64,000 nucleotides of DNA from Mytilus edulis. Its lineage: Eukaryota. The notes beneath the pieces were generated by a model that was not told where the DNA came from, ran no database searches, and saw nothing but the letters and a program-made list of their open reading frames with translations. The position numbers and the translations under genes were made by a program. Shown here one piece after another: positions 23,556 through 36,077 of the stretch (its first letter is position 1; every line of letters starts with the position of its first letter). Location: positions 19,654,001-19,718,000 of the forward strand of contig NC_092348.1 of the NCBI RefSeq assembly GCF_963676685.1. The letters are read 5' to 3'.

Positions 23556-26079
23556 TGTTCACGGGCCGACTTCAAGCTATAAAATATTTTTTTATTTTAT
23601 TTCTTAAGCACATTCACAATGAAATAGAATTATTTAGCTAGTGCTGAAGTCGTCATTCTATTTTTGCAACTTTTTAAAATGTTATCTACATTTCATAGAT
23701 TAATTTTCTAATCTTGTAGCTACAAGGTTGTACTTAATTTTTGATAGTGTGATAAGTTTACTGAGTGTGATTCGCATGGTCAATGTACATTTAAGATCCC
23801 GGTATCGTACTGCTTGGATTCCATGCGATTCCCTTAGGGTTTATTTTATCTAGATTTGTATACACGATATTTGGGCATCGGTAAACTACTATTGCCTTTT
23901 TTATTGTATAGCAACAGACAAGATTGTTTCAAGAGGGTCTGGTTATACATGATAGTTATAGTATGCAGAAGCTAACAAGCAATAGACTATGTCTTTCAAA
24001 AAGATTTAATATCTATATTATTCTACTGAATTTCAATCGAAAATCCGGATATGAAAAGGTAAGGGTTTTTTTAAAGTTTGAAAATTGTGTTATTTTTTTC
24101 CTATATTTCGACAAAAATGTTAAGAAGTCGTCGACATTTTATCATTTAATTGCACTTGTATAAAATTTATATATGGTATTTCCTAATTGTTGAAAATGGA
24201 AGCTCAAGTGACATGTAGTATTGACTAAAACAACTTCACGTCAATTAAGTTTTTTTCTAAAATACTCATAAAATACTTAAACCCAGTATAAGATTAACCC
24301 ATAGACCCATGTCTTTTAAAGTTTTAGTTCTTCACATAAAAGAATTTTCAATATATCAACCTAAACATATTCTAAATTGCACAATAGTGCAACGATGTGC
24401 ATTAAATCTTAACTTGATGGCATTTGTCATCTAAATTAAAGACTTCAGTGACAACGAGAAAAGCTAACGTGTGACATTGCTTCTTAAGGTAAATACTATA
24501 ACATCATTTATGGTCCTTTAATGGTTTTCACTTTGTTGACTAATGATTTAGTAGAATATGATTTCACGCATAAACAATACGTGAATCATGTAAATTCTTC
24601 CATCCAGACAAGTGTTAGGAACAGTAAAAGCTTTTATGGAAGAAACTACTTATTGTTTTCTACTCTGCACCTGTGATATTGAGTCAACTACAGATATTTT
24701 ATATATTTTGTAAAAGTAATGAAAAAGTTTATTAAAAAGTATTGACAATTTTATCTACATTTAAGAGTACAGAATGCACGCTACGACCCACCAAATGTTT
24801 TAATAAAGTAAGAAGATATGGTATGCCTGACGATGTGACCACGTCTTCTCATTGCGTATAAAATAAAAATAAGAAGATTGAAAATTAGACATCTATCCAC
24901 CAAAGTCAAAATGAAGTGGATGTAAGCAATTATAGACAACGTTCAACTTTTAACAATGAGAAAGAACCCATAGCGTATTGTCGACTATAAAAGGCCCCGA
25001 TATTTAAAATATAAAACAATTAAGAAAACTAACGGACAAATTTATAACAAAACTATGTATGAAAAAAAAATTCAAATATTAAAGACCTGAACCAACGACA
25101 ACCTCCGCACTACAGGCTCTGGACTTCAGAGAGGCACTTAAAGAATGTGACAAGGCTAACTTCAAAACTATATACCACAGTACAGCTAAATTGATAAGTA
25201 ATATCTAAACAATTACGAATAGAATGAATAAAAAAAATGGTCTTTGTCAGTCTTGTAGACTGTTCAACACTGATAAGTCTTCTCATACATTGCTTGTATT
25301 GTATTATGAAAATTATTGATGTTGTAATGTTTATGCCCTTTTTTTGGCCCATAATTGGAAATAAAATATCTTTTTTTTCTTCTTCTTCTTCATCTTCATA
25401 CATACCAGTAATAGCTATCTAAGGTCATTTCTTTATTGCTAAAGGACAAATTTTAAAAATTGTTTTTATTTTTTTAAATTAGAAATTTAAAAAATTAGCA
25501 ATCATTGAATTAAAAGAAGCACATTTTTATACATTTTTATTAAATAACACAGACATTAATGACTCACATGAAACTATGTGTGGATTTCATTGCATGACTG
25601 GAAATTCAAATTAATAAATTGAGATATGGTATAAGATAAGATGATAAAGCGGGATTCTTATAGATTCTATAGACTAACAGATTTATAAGTGTATCAAGTC
25701 TGGTAGAAATATATCTTATTTCAGAACTTCTGAACAAACAAAATCGTCAGAGTAGGTATACTATGTTACTATACAGTGACATGGCAGCATGTATTTATAA
25801 AACACATTCATATGAACCCATTGTGCCATCTTCTCACTATCTTAACTCTTTTGCAATTATAAAGCAAACTCATAGAGGTTTCTCAAGAACTCTAAAAGAA
25901 AGATAAAGTATACGTTTTGCATTGATCTCGGTAACAAAACCCAACACATACAGTCATATCTTATTTTAACCTTGACTGATTCAAAGCATGGAAATAAAAA
26001 TCAAGAGTGATGTAACCCTGCCTTAACAAAGTAATTTTATGAAAAGGTGTTGATATCAATTTAGACTATTTACCGGGTT

Positions 26080-26235
26080 TGTAATAAAATAAGCAATACG
26101 ACAGGTGCCACATGTGGAGCAAGATCTGCATACCTTTCCGGAGAACCTGATATCGCTCCCAGTTGTTGGTGGGGTTCGTGTTGCATAAGCTTTCAATGTT
26201 GTGTCTTGTGTGCTATTAGTTGTCTGTTTCTTTTT
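26080..26235 (+). repeat. Interspersed repeat (CACCTGAGATCAC...GGTGGGGTTCGTGTTG family)
   Basis: Other copies at ~43310-43528(-), 46380-46590(+), 48085-48290(-) and 49125-49420(-). Confidence 0.7.
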
Positions 26236-27644
26236 TGATCCATTGATCATCAGAAAGTCATACAAAACATTGTAAGGAAAATTTCAGATACAAATCATAG
26301 TCATTCGCATCAAATGGATTTTCATATCCAAGTCAATTTGAGACTTTTTACCGTACCGTCCGAAAGAATTATTCCTCATACACATGTTCTTTCTGCGATC
26401 ACGTCGTGTTTGGAGTATGTTTTTCAAGTAATTATATTTTTCATGTCTGAAGTCTCTCATCTATAATGTACACATGCTTTATAACATTTACCAGATAATT
26501 AAATTCCCAATTTCAACGATTGCAAGAACTTTACTAGTTTTAGATATGATAATGATCTCATAATTTTAATATAATGCACAAAGAGACACAACTCCATATT
26601 CTAACAGTGAATTGAAATTGTATCTACAAATTGAACATTATCAGAAAAGATTAAAAACTCGACATAGAAAGTTAAGATGAGAGTTTTATTTCATATAAAT
26701 CTTTAAATATTTGGTTACATTGATAAATGAGTTTCCTACACCTGTGAAAATTCCACATCCAATTAAATAGATAACACAAATGCAATGCGTTGATACCCAT
26801 ATATTTTACCATGTTACAAGTAACATATAATTCTTTGAGAAAACCGACAGTCTCTAACATGAATTGATGCAATTTAAACAAGTTTACATTTGCATGCTGT
26901 GTACAACTTATAAATTTGTACCAGTTCATCATGTATTATGTTTCTTGTCACTTGTGTAAAGAATGTTCTATGTTAACCCGCCAGGGTTTCATGTTTTGCA
27001 ATAAAGAAAGTTAACTATATTTTATATTACTTGCACAAAACTTTATACCAATTTTGTACAGTTACACGAGTCACCATGATTATTTGTACTGAACGCATAT
27101 TAACAAAAACACATATTTGAAAGACATACAGTGTCTTAATATATATATAATTTTTGCATTCACAAACATAAGGTAATTTTCTTCATAGACTGTTTGTTAT
27201 ATATATTTTGATCAAGTTCTTTCACCTAATTTGTGAGAAGTTTCATATATGGGAATATTCACTTCTATTTTTTTTTAATCATACAACCGATAGTATGGAC
27301 ATCTGTATAATAAATGTAACAAAACTTGAAATCACAAAATTACTAAACACCGAGAAAAATTAAAAAGGAAAGTCCCTTATCAAATGGCAAAATCAAAAGC
27401 TCAAACACATCCAACGAATGGATAACAACAGTCCGATTCCTGACATGGTACAGGCATTTTCTCATGTAGATAATGGTGGATTAAACCTAGTTTTAAAGCT
27501 AGCTTAACCTCTCACATGTATGACAGTTACTCGCCTAATTTTATCAATACAACTGAACTATAAACAACTGTTATTCATTCAAGCGCTTTGTTTTTGTATT
27601 GAATTCATTCCATTGGTTGATAACGTTTGATATTGCCAGTTTTT

Positions 27645-27767
27645 ATGCTCTTCAACTATGTTCTTGTTTGGCTTTATAAATATTTTGATATGAGCGTCAC
27701 TGATGAGTCTGATGTAGACGCGCGTCTGACTAATAAATTATAATTCTGGTACCTTTGATAACTATTT
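27645..27767 (+). repeat. Family-1 hammerhead repeat, GAAA core deleted (inactive)
   Basis: GAGCGTCA CTGATGA GTCT gatgt AGAC GCGCGTC; ends ...CCTTTGATAACTATTT like 11161(-). Confidence 0.75.
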
Positions 27768-28150
27768 ATGGACTTCTTATTTGTACATGTTTTATTTTAC
27801 CTTGGATTTCCGTATTTTTCTAAAAAAAAAATAAAAAATACTAATATGCTACAGGTTTTTAAATATATTTACTTAATGTAGTTTCCTCCTATATAATCTG
27901 AAATTTTAATACTTATTTGTAAAGTAACTTCTGAAAAAAAAACTACGCTGTAAAAGAACTAGTTGATAAAAACAGGATGGTTGTGTGCAAGTTGGAATTA
28001 AAAGCAATATCCCCACTATCCACGAATGCTAAAACAAGTGGATATAGTTAATGCTGGCGTTAGTCAGAATACATGTAAAGGTTTTAGATGTCATCGACAT
28101 AACCAACTGGGTAGATTGACTACATTTAGTCGAGTCAAACTAAGATTTAA

Positions 28151-28982
28151 CCTCAAACTAATTGCAACAGAAAATGTTTTAGTTCTAATCTATAGCATTA
28201 TGCCCTTTATATACACAGAAAAAAGTCCCATAAAATCTAAGCTCAAAATCAGCATTTTTAATTTCCTATGGAAATTAATATTGGAAGGGGAGATAACTCC
28301 ATAAAATGAGTCTTGTTTTGGGTCAGTTTTTGGTTGATTTTCTTGAAATTTATGTAAAGTATGATACTTTGATATATAATCTTCTGCTCATGAAATGTAC
28401 AAAACCGAAGTGTTATGGGTAGTTTTATTTTTTTCGTGAATTTTTCATTGAAGAAATTGCAAATTTGAAGCTTTGTGACCATTTTGAAAAAATTATGTGA
28501 AAATTTGGTATTGTTTATATCTGTATATTATATTTTTTTCAGCATCTTATTTATCCAAAGAACATCAAACCACAAAGAGAAGAAAATATGCTTAACTATT
28601 TTTATTAAATTTGAGATTCTTTACCTTGACATGTTGAAAAGTTCAATAAATGGTCAACTAATGAATTAAGAAATCTAGATTATAGCTCAATAAAAGATAT
28701 GAAAACAACTTAAGAGTTGTTTGTTAAACTCTAAAGACCGCTACAAAATCAAGATTCAATACATTCTGATGAATAGAAGCGGTATAGTTATCAATTTTTA
28801 TTGATATTTCTGCCTTTTTTGCAAGAGTTATCTCCCTTTTTAATGCAAATCTCCATAGGAATTTTAAATGGTGATTGTTTTAGTCTTCCTAAAGTAAGAT
28901 TTTATGGGACTTTTTTGTGTATATTTGGGGTATAATGCTAAGGATTAAAACTTAAAAATCTTCTGTTGCAATTACTTCAAGG
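28151..28982. mobile_element. Old non-autonomous TIR element, piggyBac-like (TTAA|CC...GG|TTAG)
   Basis: ~150-bp imperfect inverted repeats: TAATTGCAACAGAA..AAAAAGTCCCATAAAATCT..GGGAGATAACTC versus its reverse complement at 28825-28982. Confidence 0.65.
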
Positions 28983-29399
28983 TTAGGGTCAAATTTATGC
29001 TAGATTGACTGGACTAATTCTGTAATCAGAAATACTGCGCAAGCTAAAAATATAATTTTGCGTTTACAAGTACTAGTTGTATATACTTGTATTTCTTTTC
29101 TAGAATGAGGATTTCGTCCTCTATAAAATTGAAAACACACAGGAAAACATAATCGCTGTATTAATGTCTAGATAATAAGCTATTTGTATAATTACCCGGG
29201 AAGGATCCAACAGCTATTTTTGTCGAAACACAGATATTTATATTTACACTCTAAGAGATAAAACATATAGTTAGTGTTTACTTGTGATATCTTTCTTTCT
29301 TATTTAACAAAGGAACAAGTAAATTCAATCCTGAGTCATGTTATGTTATGATTTATAATTATCCTTTCGATATATGTCTTAAAATATCTAGGTACCACC

Positions 29400-30821
29400 T
29401 TATTGGTCTACAGGACTCTCTGTCTTCTCTTCATTTATAGTTTGTGCTGAATTATCTATATCACTTGATGAACATTCACAACAACAACATTCTACTTGTT
29501 CGTTCTTTGACAAGATTTGCTTATTCTTTTCCAATGCTGTTTTGATTTCAGTGCCTTCGACAGATTTGGTTGTGTTATTTCCGTTAGCAGACACTAGCCT
29601 AAGTGTTCTTTCAGACAAAGTAGTCGAGACTTTTTTTATATTGTTCATCGTAGTAATTTCCGGATTAGAATACCTTCCGAGAAACAAAATAGTTTCACTA
29701 CTTATATCCCTTATCACAAATAAAAATGGGTGATCTGCGACAAAATTAAATGTAGAAGGCCTTGCGGATCGAAATAACATGAAAAATGACGTGACAGCAG
29801 CGGCGACACTACCTTCTTCGTTCACTTCAATAACACTTTCATGAAAAGCATCAGAAACATACAGATCTCCGTTCTGGTCACGTGATCGTACCATATGACT
29901 AAAATCTGCCTTTAATGCCTCGAATATTTCCGTTACTCCTAGTCCTTTTAGAATAGCCTTTAGGTCAATTTTTGCCTTAATTTTGAATTTCGGTAAAACT
30001 AGTTCTGTTGGTCTTGATTTTAATCTTTTGACGAGATTATAAAATGTAAGAGGGGACAGTTTCTTTTCCATTTCTGGTAAACCTTCTTTTTCATTCGGTA
30101 GAATGATTACCATTGAAATGTTATCCCCTTTGTATGGAAGTTCGACAGCTTTACAGTTAAGATCCATGTCGACCCCAGCTTTGAACGTACTTTTTTGCCA
30201 CATCATATTAGTCATCACCTTTTTGTTTTCGTTCATCCAGAAATTCCGCTTTGTTGTTTTCTTGGGATCAAATTGGCTTTTCCATTGCCCTTTGAAATAC
30301 ACCACATTTGTGAGTATCATAAAAGTTAATTGATCGAGCATACCGTCTGGTATAAACTCTTTAATTTTTCTTCCAGTGCGTCTTTCTATCCATCTATTGA
30401 TTTTATTTCGTGTATATGGTTCGTCTCCGAAATCCATCAGAGCAACTTGGCAACCATAATTTCGTCTCGCACTTCTTCTAAACTTGTATTTGAGTCTTTT
30501 AACTTGCCATTTCGCCACAAAAAATTGATTCGCGATTGAGAGCTGCATTCCGGGTGTATCACGTGCTTTTCGCAACAGATCATCATGCAATACTTTATAG
30601 TGGTGGTCAATGTCCCCAGTGGGAAGTCCTTTCTTGAATAAAACAGATTTGAGTTGGTTTCTAGACAAACCACTTGTTCCCATCATTAGAAGCATGAGTG
30701 AAGCAGCAATACTAAACGGAGATAGACAAACATTGTCTGGTTTATGTAAATCATTGTAGATAGAAAATGAAAAATCAGATAAACAAACGTTAAAACTTAT
30801 ATTAGCTGGAACTGAAGCCAT
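29400..30821 (-). CDS. Serpin (no signal peptide, clade-B-like), basic, P1-P1' Arg-Ser, with an 86-aa C-terminal extension
   Basis: NVCLSPFSI, NVVYFKGQW, ELPY, LPKF, hinge EEGSVAAAVT, signature FVADHPFLFVIR..LFLGR. Intact 473-aa ORF. Confidence 0.95.
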   Translation of the reverse strand: MASVPANISFNVCLSDFSFSIYNDLHKPDNVCLSPFSIAASLMLLMMGTSGLSRNQLKSVLFKKGLPTGDIDHHYKVLHDDLLRKARDTPGMQLSIANQFFVAKWQVKRLKYKFRRSARRNYGCQVALMDFGDEPYTRNKINRWIERRTGRKIKEFIPDGMLDQLTFMILTNVVYFKGQWKSQFDPKKTTKRNFWMNENKKVMTNMMWQKSTFKAGVDMDLNCKAVELPYKGDNISMVIILPNEKEGLPEMEKKLSPLTFYNLVKRLKSRPTELVLPKFKIKAKIDLKAILKGLGVTEIFEALKADFSHMVRSRDQNGDLYVSDAFHESVIEVNEEGSVAAAVTSFFMLFRSARPSTFNFVADHPFLFVIRDISSETILFLGRYSNPEITTMNNIKKVSTTLSERTLRLVSANGNNTTKSVEGTEIKTALEKNKQILSKNEQVECCCCECSSSDIDNSAQTINEEKTESPVDQ

Positions 30822-31381
30822 TGCTACAGTCTACGTCTACGTTAATAATGAATGTGTTATTTGAATAAATGAAAGGACATATTTAATGAAGCATCACTAA
30901 ATGGACTGTTGTTTATCGCAGAGGCGGGAATATTGGGTATATATATATATATTTTTCTGAGCAAGCTTTCTTGTTTTAGGAACGTATAATTTCTTTTCTT
31001 TTAATGAAAGTTACTTTGATCTTTCTGTCATTCTTTTCTAGATTAGAAATAGTGATTAATCTAACTCTGTGTTTTCTCTAATAAACAGTTGTAAATCGAT
31101 CATTATATAGCATTAGTGATTAAATCGATCATTTTATAGCATTAAACTTAAGATTTATGGTATTGTTTGCAACACCTGTTCCACTCCTCTGTATATGTTT
31201 GGTAAATATACATGACACATAAACATAAAATCTGTAGCTGACCGCAAGACATCTATGCTAAGGTTCAATAATACCTATTTCTGGTATAACATAGCCTTAT
31301 TTGGCATAACGTTTTGGAATGTTGAATCCTCAATGCTCTTCAACTTTGTATTTGTTTGGCTTTATAACTATTTTGATTTGA

Positions 31382-31426
31382 GCGTCACTGATGAGTCTTT
31401 ATGTAGACGAAACGTGCTTCTGGCGT
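31382..31426 (+). ncRNA. Type I hammerhead (family 1), core present, stem III mutated; within repeat 31270-31461
   Basis: GCGTCA CTGATGA GTCT ttatgt AGAC GAAA CGTGCT TC TGGCGT. Confidence 0.7.
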
Positions 31427-31663
31427 ATTAAATTATAATCCTGGTACCTTTGATAACTATTATAGCCTTCTGTGGTCATGTGCTTGGTTTAAAACGTGAT
31501 ATCTTTGGACTCCTCATTGACAATAACAAAACATTGACTTTCAATTTGAAAAATATTGCTTATCCAATAAGCACGCAGCTTTGTGCAAAAGAGTGAGAAC
31601 ATATTTCTTGAGCAGGTGACGTTTTACCAATATTTATCAAAGGTACCAGGATTATAATTTGAT

Positions 31664-31704
31664 ACGCCAGACGCGCGTTTTGTCTACATAAGACTCGTCA
31701 GTGA
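31664..31704 (-). ncRNA. Type I hammerhead (family 1), G12->A, probably inactive; inverted relative to the 31382 copy
   Basis: Minus strand TCA CTGACGA GTCT tatgt AGAC AAAA CGCGCG TC TGGCGT. Confidence 0.65.
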
Positions 31705-34084
31705 GTTTTTTGTTGTTTTTTAACTATGGAGAATGCATGTAAATCATGTACATGTAACTAAAACCGTTAAACACGATACGTATCTGTTTTTTTTAAATTG
31801 CCAAGAGTGTAGAAAGCTATCATTAAACTTTTGTTATTTTCAATTTGTTTTGTAAAATAATGACAAAATTTAAAAAAATTAAATGCATCGGTTGGCACAA
31901 AAAAAAAAAGGAAATCATGAGTTCTTTTACATGAGGTTTCATCTTTGTATAACTAAAACATCAACATACAATATATTTCAACTTCTTACTACGCATTCAT
32001 TCTTAGTAGTTCAGTGTTCATTCATAGTTTTCAGCTAACCCATTTTGCAACTTTCATTTTCAAAAATTGTGGCTTTGGATTTCAGAACATTCTCTACCAC
32101 AGAAAACTAGAAACATCATCTTTTAAAAAAAGAACATAAATAATGTATAGAAATACCTATTTGATTATTGAAACATACTTATTTCGTATACCACGAACGA
32201 AGGGAAGTTACTGCGGTCTGAAGCGAACTGAAAATGAATCTAACTGTTTCTTTGACTTCAATTTACCGTCTTTATTTTGTCTCCCACCTTTTAAATTATT
32301 GTATATTGGTACACTTTGTATATATAATAAATGGATAGATATAAAATCTTATATACGTGTAAAACCACATTTTTCGAACGATTTGAGGTCATTTACTTGA
32401 GTGCAATGCCACCACTGTCCTTAATGACATGTATTTGCGGATTATGTTTTTAGACGATAACACAGATGTGAACGTGTTTCCAAATTTATTATGCAACAAG
32501 TAAGTTTAGTCAAACCGTGCGAATTGATTTACATGTTTCGTATGTTTATTTGAAAAATTAACACCATTAAGTATTTATTACAAATGTAAACAACCTGTTT
32601 TCAGAAGAAATAAAAAAAAAACAACATCGAGTTATATGGATTTTTTATCATTGTAAGTAGAGAAAAAAATAACGCCTCATTTCATAGCATTTCTATTTCA
32701 CATTAAGGCTTAATTTTTTCATTGGTAGATTTTACATGTTTTGTTATCTGAACCATGATTTGTTCAGTGTTGTTAGTATTGTATGACTACTAGAAATGTA
32801 AGCAACCTGTTTTTAGAAGAAAAACAACATTCAATTCTATGGATTTTCGTCATAGTCAGTATTGAAAAGATAACGTAGAATATTTCGTCGTTTTTCTATT
32901 TTACATTATACTTTTTCCTATATACATGACTTGATTTAATAGATTTTACTATCTGATTTGATCTATGGGTTGTAAGTTGTTATTAGTCTTTTATTGTATT
33001 GATATTTTATTGGAGGGGTTAGACGTTGGTTGTTATGGTGTATGGAAATTATTGGTCTGTTATACTGGCCAATGTTTTTATTTGAAGATTCATATAATCA
33101 ATCTTTGTATTTTCTAACGGAACCATTGCTATTGAAATTTTGAAGATCCCACACTTTAAAGCGACGAAAGAGAAGGCATATACGGTACAAAAATCAGTTT
33201 GAAGTTGAACATGCTTTTTATATCACTGACTGTTCTTCATATTTCACAAATACATTTGTCAAATATTTGAAATTGAAAGGGACAGTAAATTAACAATGTT
33301 ACAGTTTTTTTTAACAAATAATTTTCCATACAACTAAGCCATTCTGAATTTTACCATACGGTTAGTGCCTGTTCACCTTCAAAATATATAACGCATTTAT
33401 ACAACGTCAACGGTACATATTTGACTGCAAAGGTGACGCATCTTTTAAATTTATAACGATATATTTGTATGGAAATCGTTGAGATATACGCCCCGTATTT
33501 TGTTAAAATAAGTGATAAATGTGCTTGCAGGTTTTTTTTTAAATTGATATTTTTCTAAACTATTGACCAAATTTTCAAAATCATGTTCTTGAAACAATCT
33601 GGAAAACGGTACATGTTTTAAATTTCTAAGGGTCCAATGATTGTATTACTCTCTGAAACACAATCATCTATTGTCGGTGATTGGTAGATTATCTTTTCAT
33701 GATTCATAATACACAGTACTTGATCAAACAAAATGAAAACAATACGTTAAATAATTTCATGCGTTCGAAGCGCTTTTCAACATAGGAATTTATGAAAATG
33801 AGAGGTATAAGCCACAAAAACAATAAAATACCAATAGTTACATTGAAGTCAAAATACGGTCTTCCACAAGTTTATTAAAGATATGTCAAACTCGCCAATA
33901 ATTTAGAAAAGATGGCATTAAACTATTATCCTTTCAACAAATTTAATTGTTCATAACAATAAGTTCATTTTTCCCGTATATACTGAAATGCCAATTATTT
34001 CTATCGTTGACTTTATTTTAAGTAGCCTATTTTACATCATAGGTTTAAACTAATCCAACATTGTATCTTTGAATGTAGACAAAC

Positions 34085-34245
34085 TTATCATAGATGCCAG
34101 GATCAAGATTTTATATTTGCGCCAGACGCGCGTTTTGTTTACAAAAGACTCATCTGTGACGTTCGAATAAAAACATGCTAAAAACCCAAATGAGATATGA
34201 AGTTGAAGAGCATTGAGGACAAACATTCCTTAAAGTTTTGCTAAA
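34085..34245 (-). repeat. Decayed family-1 hammerhead repeat
   Basis: GCGCCAGACGCGCGTTTTGTTTACAAAAGACTCATCTGTGACG on +, colinear with 11161-11335. Confidence 0.65.
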
Positions 34246-35185
34246 GGATTTGGAGGGATAACATCTATCATGAAAAAAGGATTATAACACATAATACCTG
34301 ATTGAAACAAAGGAATCAATGATCACCATCTTTCAATCATTCTTTTATACAATTTCTATCTTCTTTTCTTTAAGACAATCCGTTTGGAAACTTTAAGAGT
34401 TTTGATTCTTCAAAATCCATGTACTGAACGATCTAATAAAAAGCAAATCGGCCCATATCAGTAGGAGTTATTAAGTTTAATGATATTATAACATCTTTTT
34501 CTTGATATTACAGACCTTTGTAGTAAAATATGTGATAATGGGTCTGCCATTATTTTTTGTTGTTGCATGATTCTTAGGCAGACAGCTACTTAAATACAAA
34601 CTACAATTGCATTGAATCCTGACGTAATATCACACTTCTTTCTTCTTCACTTAATCAATTGTCAATGTAACGAATTAAGTTCTCCGGATTGTCAAGTGGC
34701 CACTGTTATAAAAAATATATATCTAAATATAACAAACAAAAGTAAAGTAAATTCAACATAAATGAAATAATGAAATGAATACATGCAAATTTAACTGAAT
34801 TAACACACACAAAACAGAACTAAATATAATGTTATGACATTAATAAAATGAAACTAAACAATTACAGTTAGCACACCTCCATCAACTCTTCCCGGTAAAG
34901 GTTGAACGTTGCATGTACTGTAAAATAACTTTGGGTTGTTACCCTTGAGTTTCTTTTATATATAACGGACAGAAAATAACTATTTTCACACATTTTTGGT
35001 CGATTCTAAATTGATGAAAAGAACAAAAGATTTGATACTTTTACTGCCATCATAACTTCAAATGAGCAATGACGTCTTGAAACTGCTCGGACTGCTCGAT
35101 TCGTTAAACATATATTCAAACGGACTTCTTTATTGGTTGTTGTTTTGTTCATATGATGAACATAATTTGGGGAATTTATATTTTT

Positions 35186-35349
35186 TTATTTCAGTGATTG
35201 AACTTTCATTTACCTTCAAGAATCAGTTATGGTACCTTTAGCGGTCCAATATTTTTTAAGAAAGAGGAGGGCCATTCTTAAAATATTGGACAGTTAAAGG
35301 TGACATGATGGTTTCTTGCAGGTAAATGGTAGTCCAATCACTGAAATAA
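35186..35349. mobile_element. Palindromic (foldback) element ~165 bp upstream of serpin 2
   Basis: TTATTTCAGTGATTG..CATTTACCT..GTCCAATATTTT / AAAATATTGGAC..AGGTAAATG..CAATCACTGAAATAA. Confidence 0.7.
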
Positions 35350-35929
35350 GAACGGGTAAAACAATAGAATGACGTCACAACAATGTTTTAAGATGTAAAG
35401 AGACATGGCTAGTTATTAAAAAACCTAAAAGAAGCCCAGATGGGTGTGTAAATAAACTTGTGTGTATGACTCGTCTCAATATCATTTCCAAAATGAATAT
35501 GTCAGTAGCGACGTTAAAGTGACTTCGGAAGTGACATTTAAGCATATAATTGTAAGAGTAGATTGAACGATTCATTATATAAATGTTACATAAAATTATT
35601 ATGCTTGAATGATTTAATTTTTATTTTTATTGATGTATACCTTCAATTTCAAGTGCCAAATAATGACTCTTGTCAAAGCTCCTAATTTTTACATGGTGCA
35701 ATATTTAATTGTATAACAAAAAAATATTATAACAAGGTACGAAGTGTGAAATGTAAATTAGCAATCATGAGAGAAATCTTTATATTATTCCAATTCTAGT
35801 ATTTAATTATTCTTAAAATGAGAATATTAGAAACAACACATGTAAGCACACTGTCGAGTGACTGCAACATGATTTTTTCTTGGTTGTATAAAATTTACAA
35901 CATATTTACAGAAATATTTTGTAAAGGAA

Positions 35930-36075
35930 GTATGTTGAACCGAATTACCCATTTAAGCAAAAACTTTGCAGTATTGTAATCGAAACTCTCTCATGTTAAC
36001 ACATCATTTACATTTCTGTACATATATAAATGATGTTTAGTAAGATTTATATCAGTGTTATATCTTTTACTGCAG
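35930..36075 (+). other. Predicted short 5' intron of serpin 2 (equivalents 44695-44842 and 52718-52865)
   Basis: Conserved AAGGAA|GTATGT donor and YAG acceptor two nt before the conserved ATG in three paralogues; 146-148 nt. Confidence 0.6.
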
Positions 36076-36077
36076 TG

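Noticed and set aside
29542-30673. Short antisense or alternate-frame ORFs over the serpins (also 36413, 45099, 45274, 58750)
   Set aside because: Shadows of the real CDSs.
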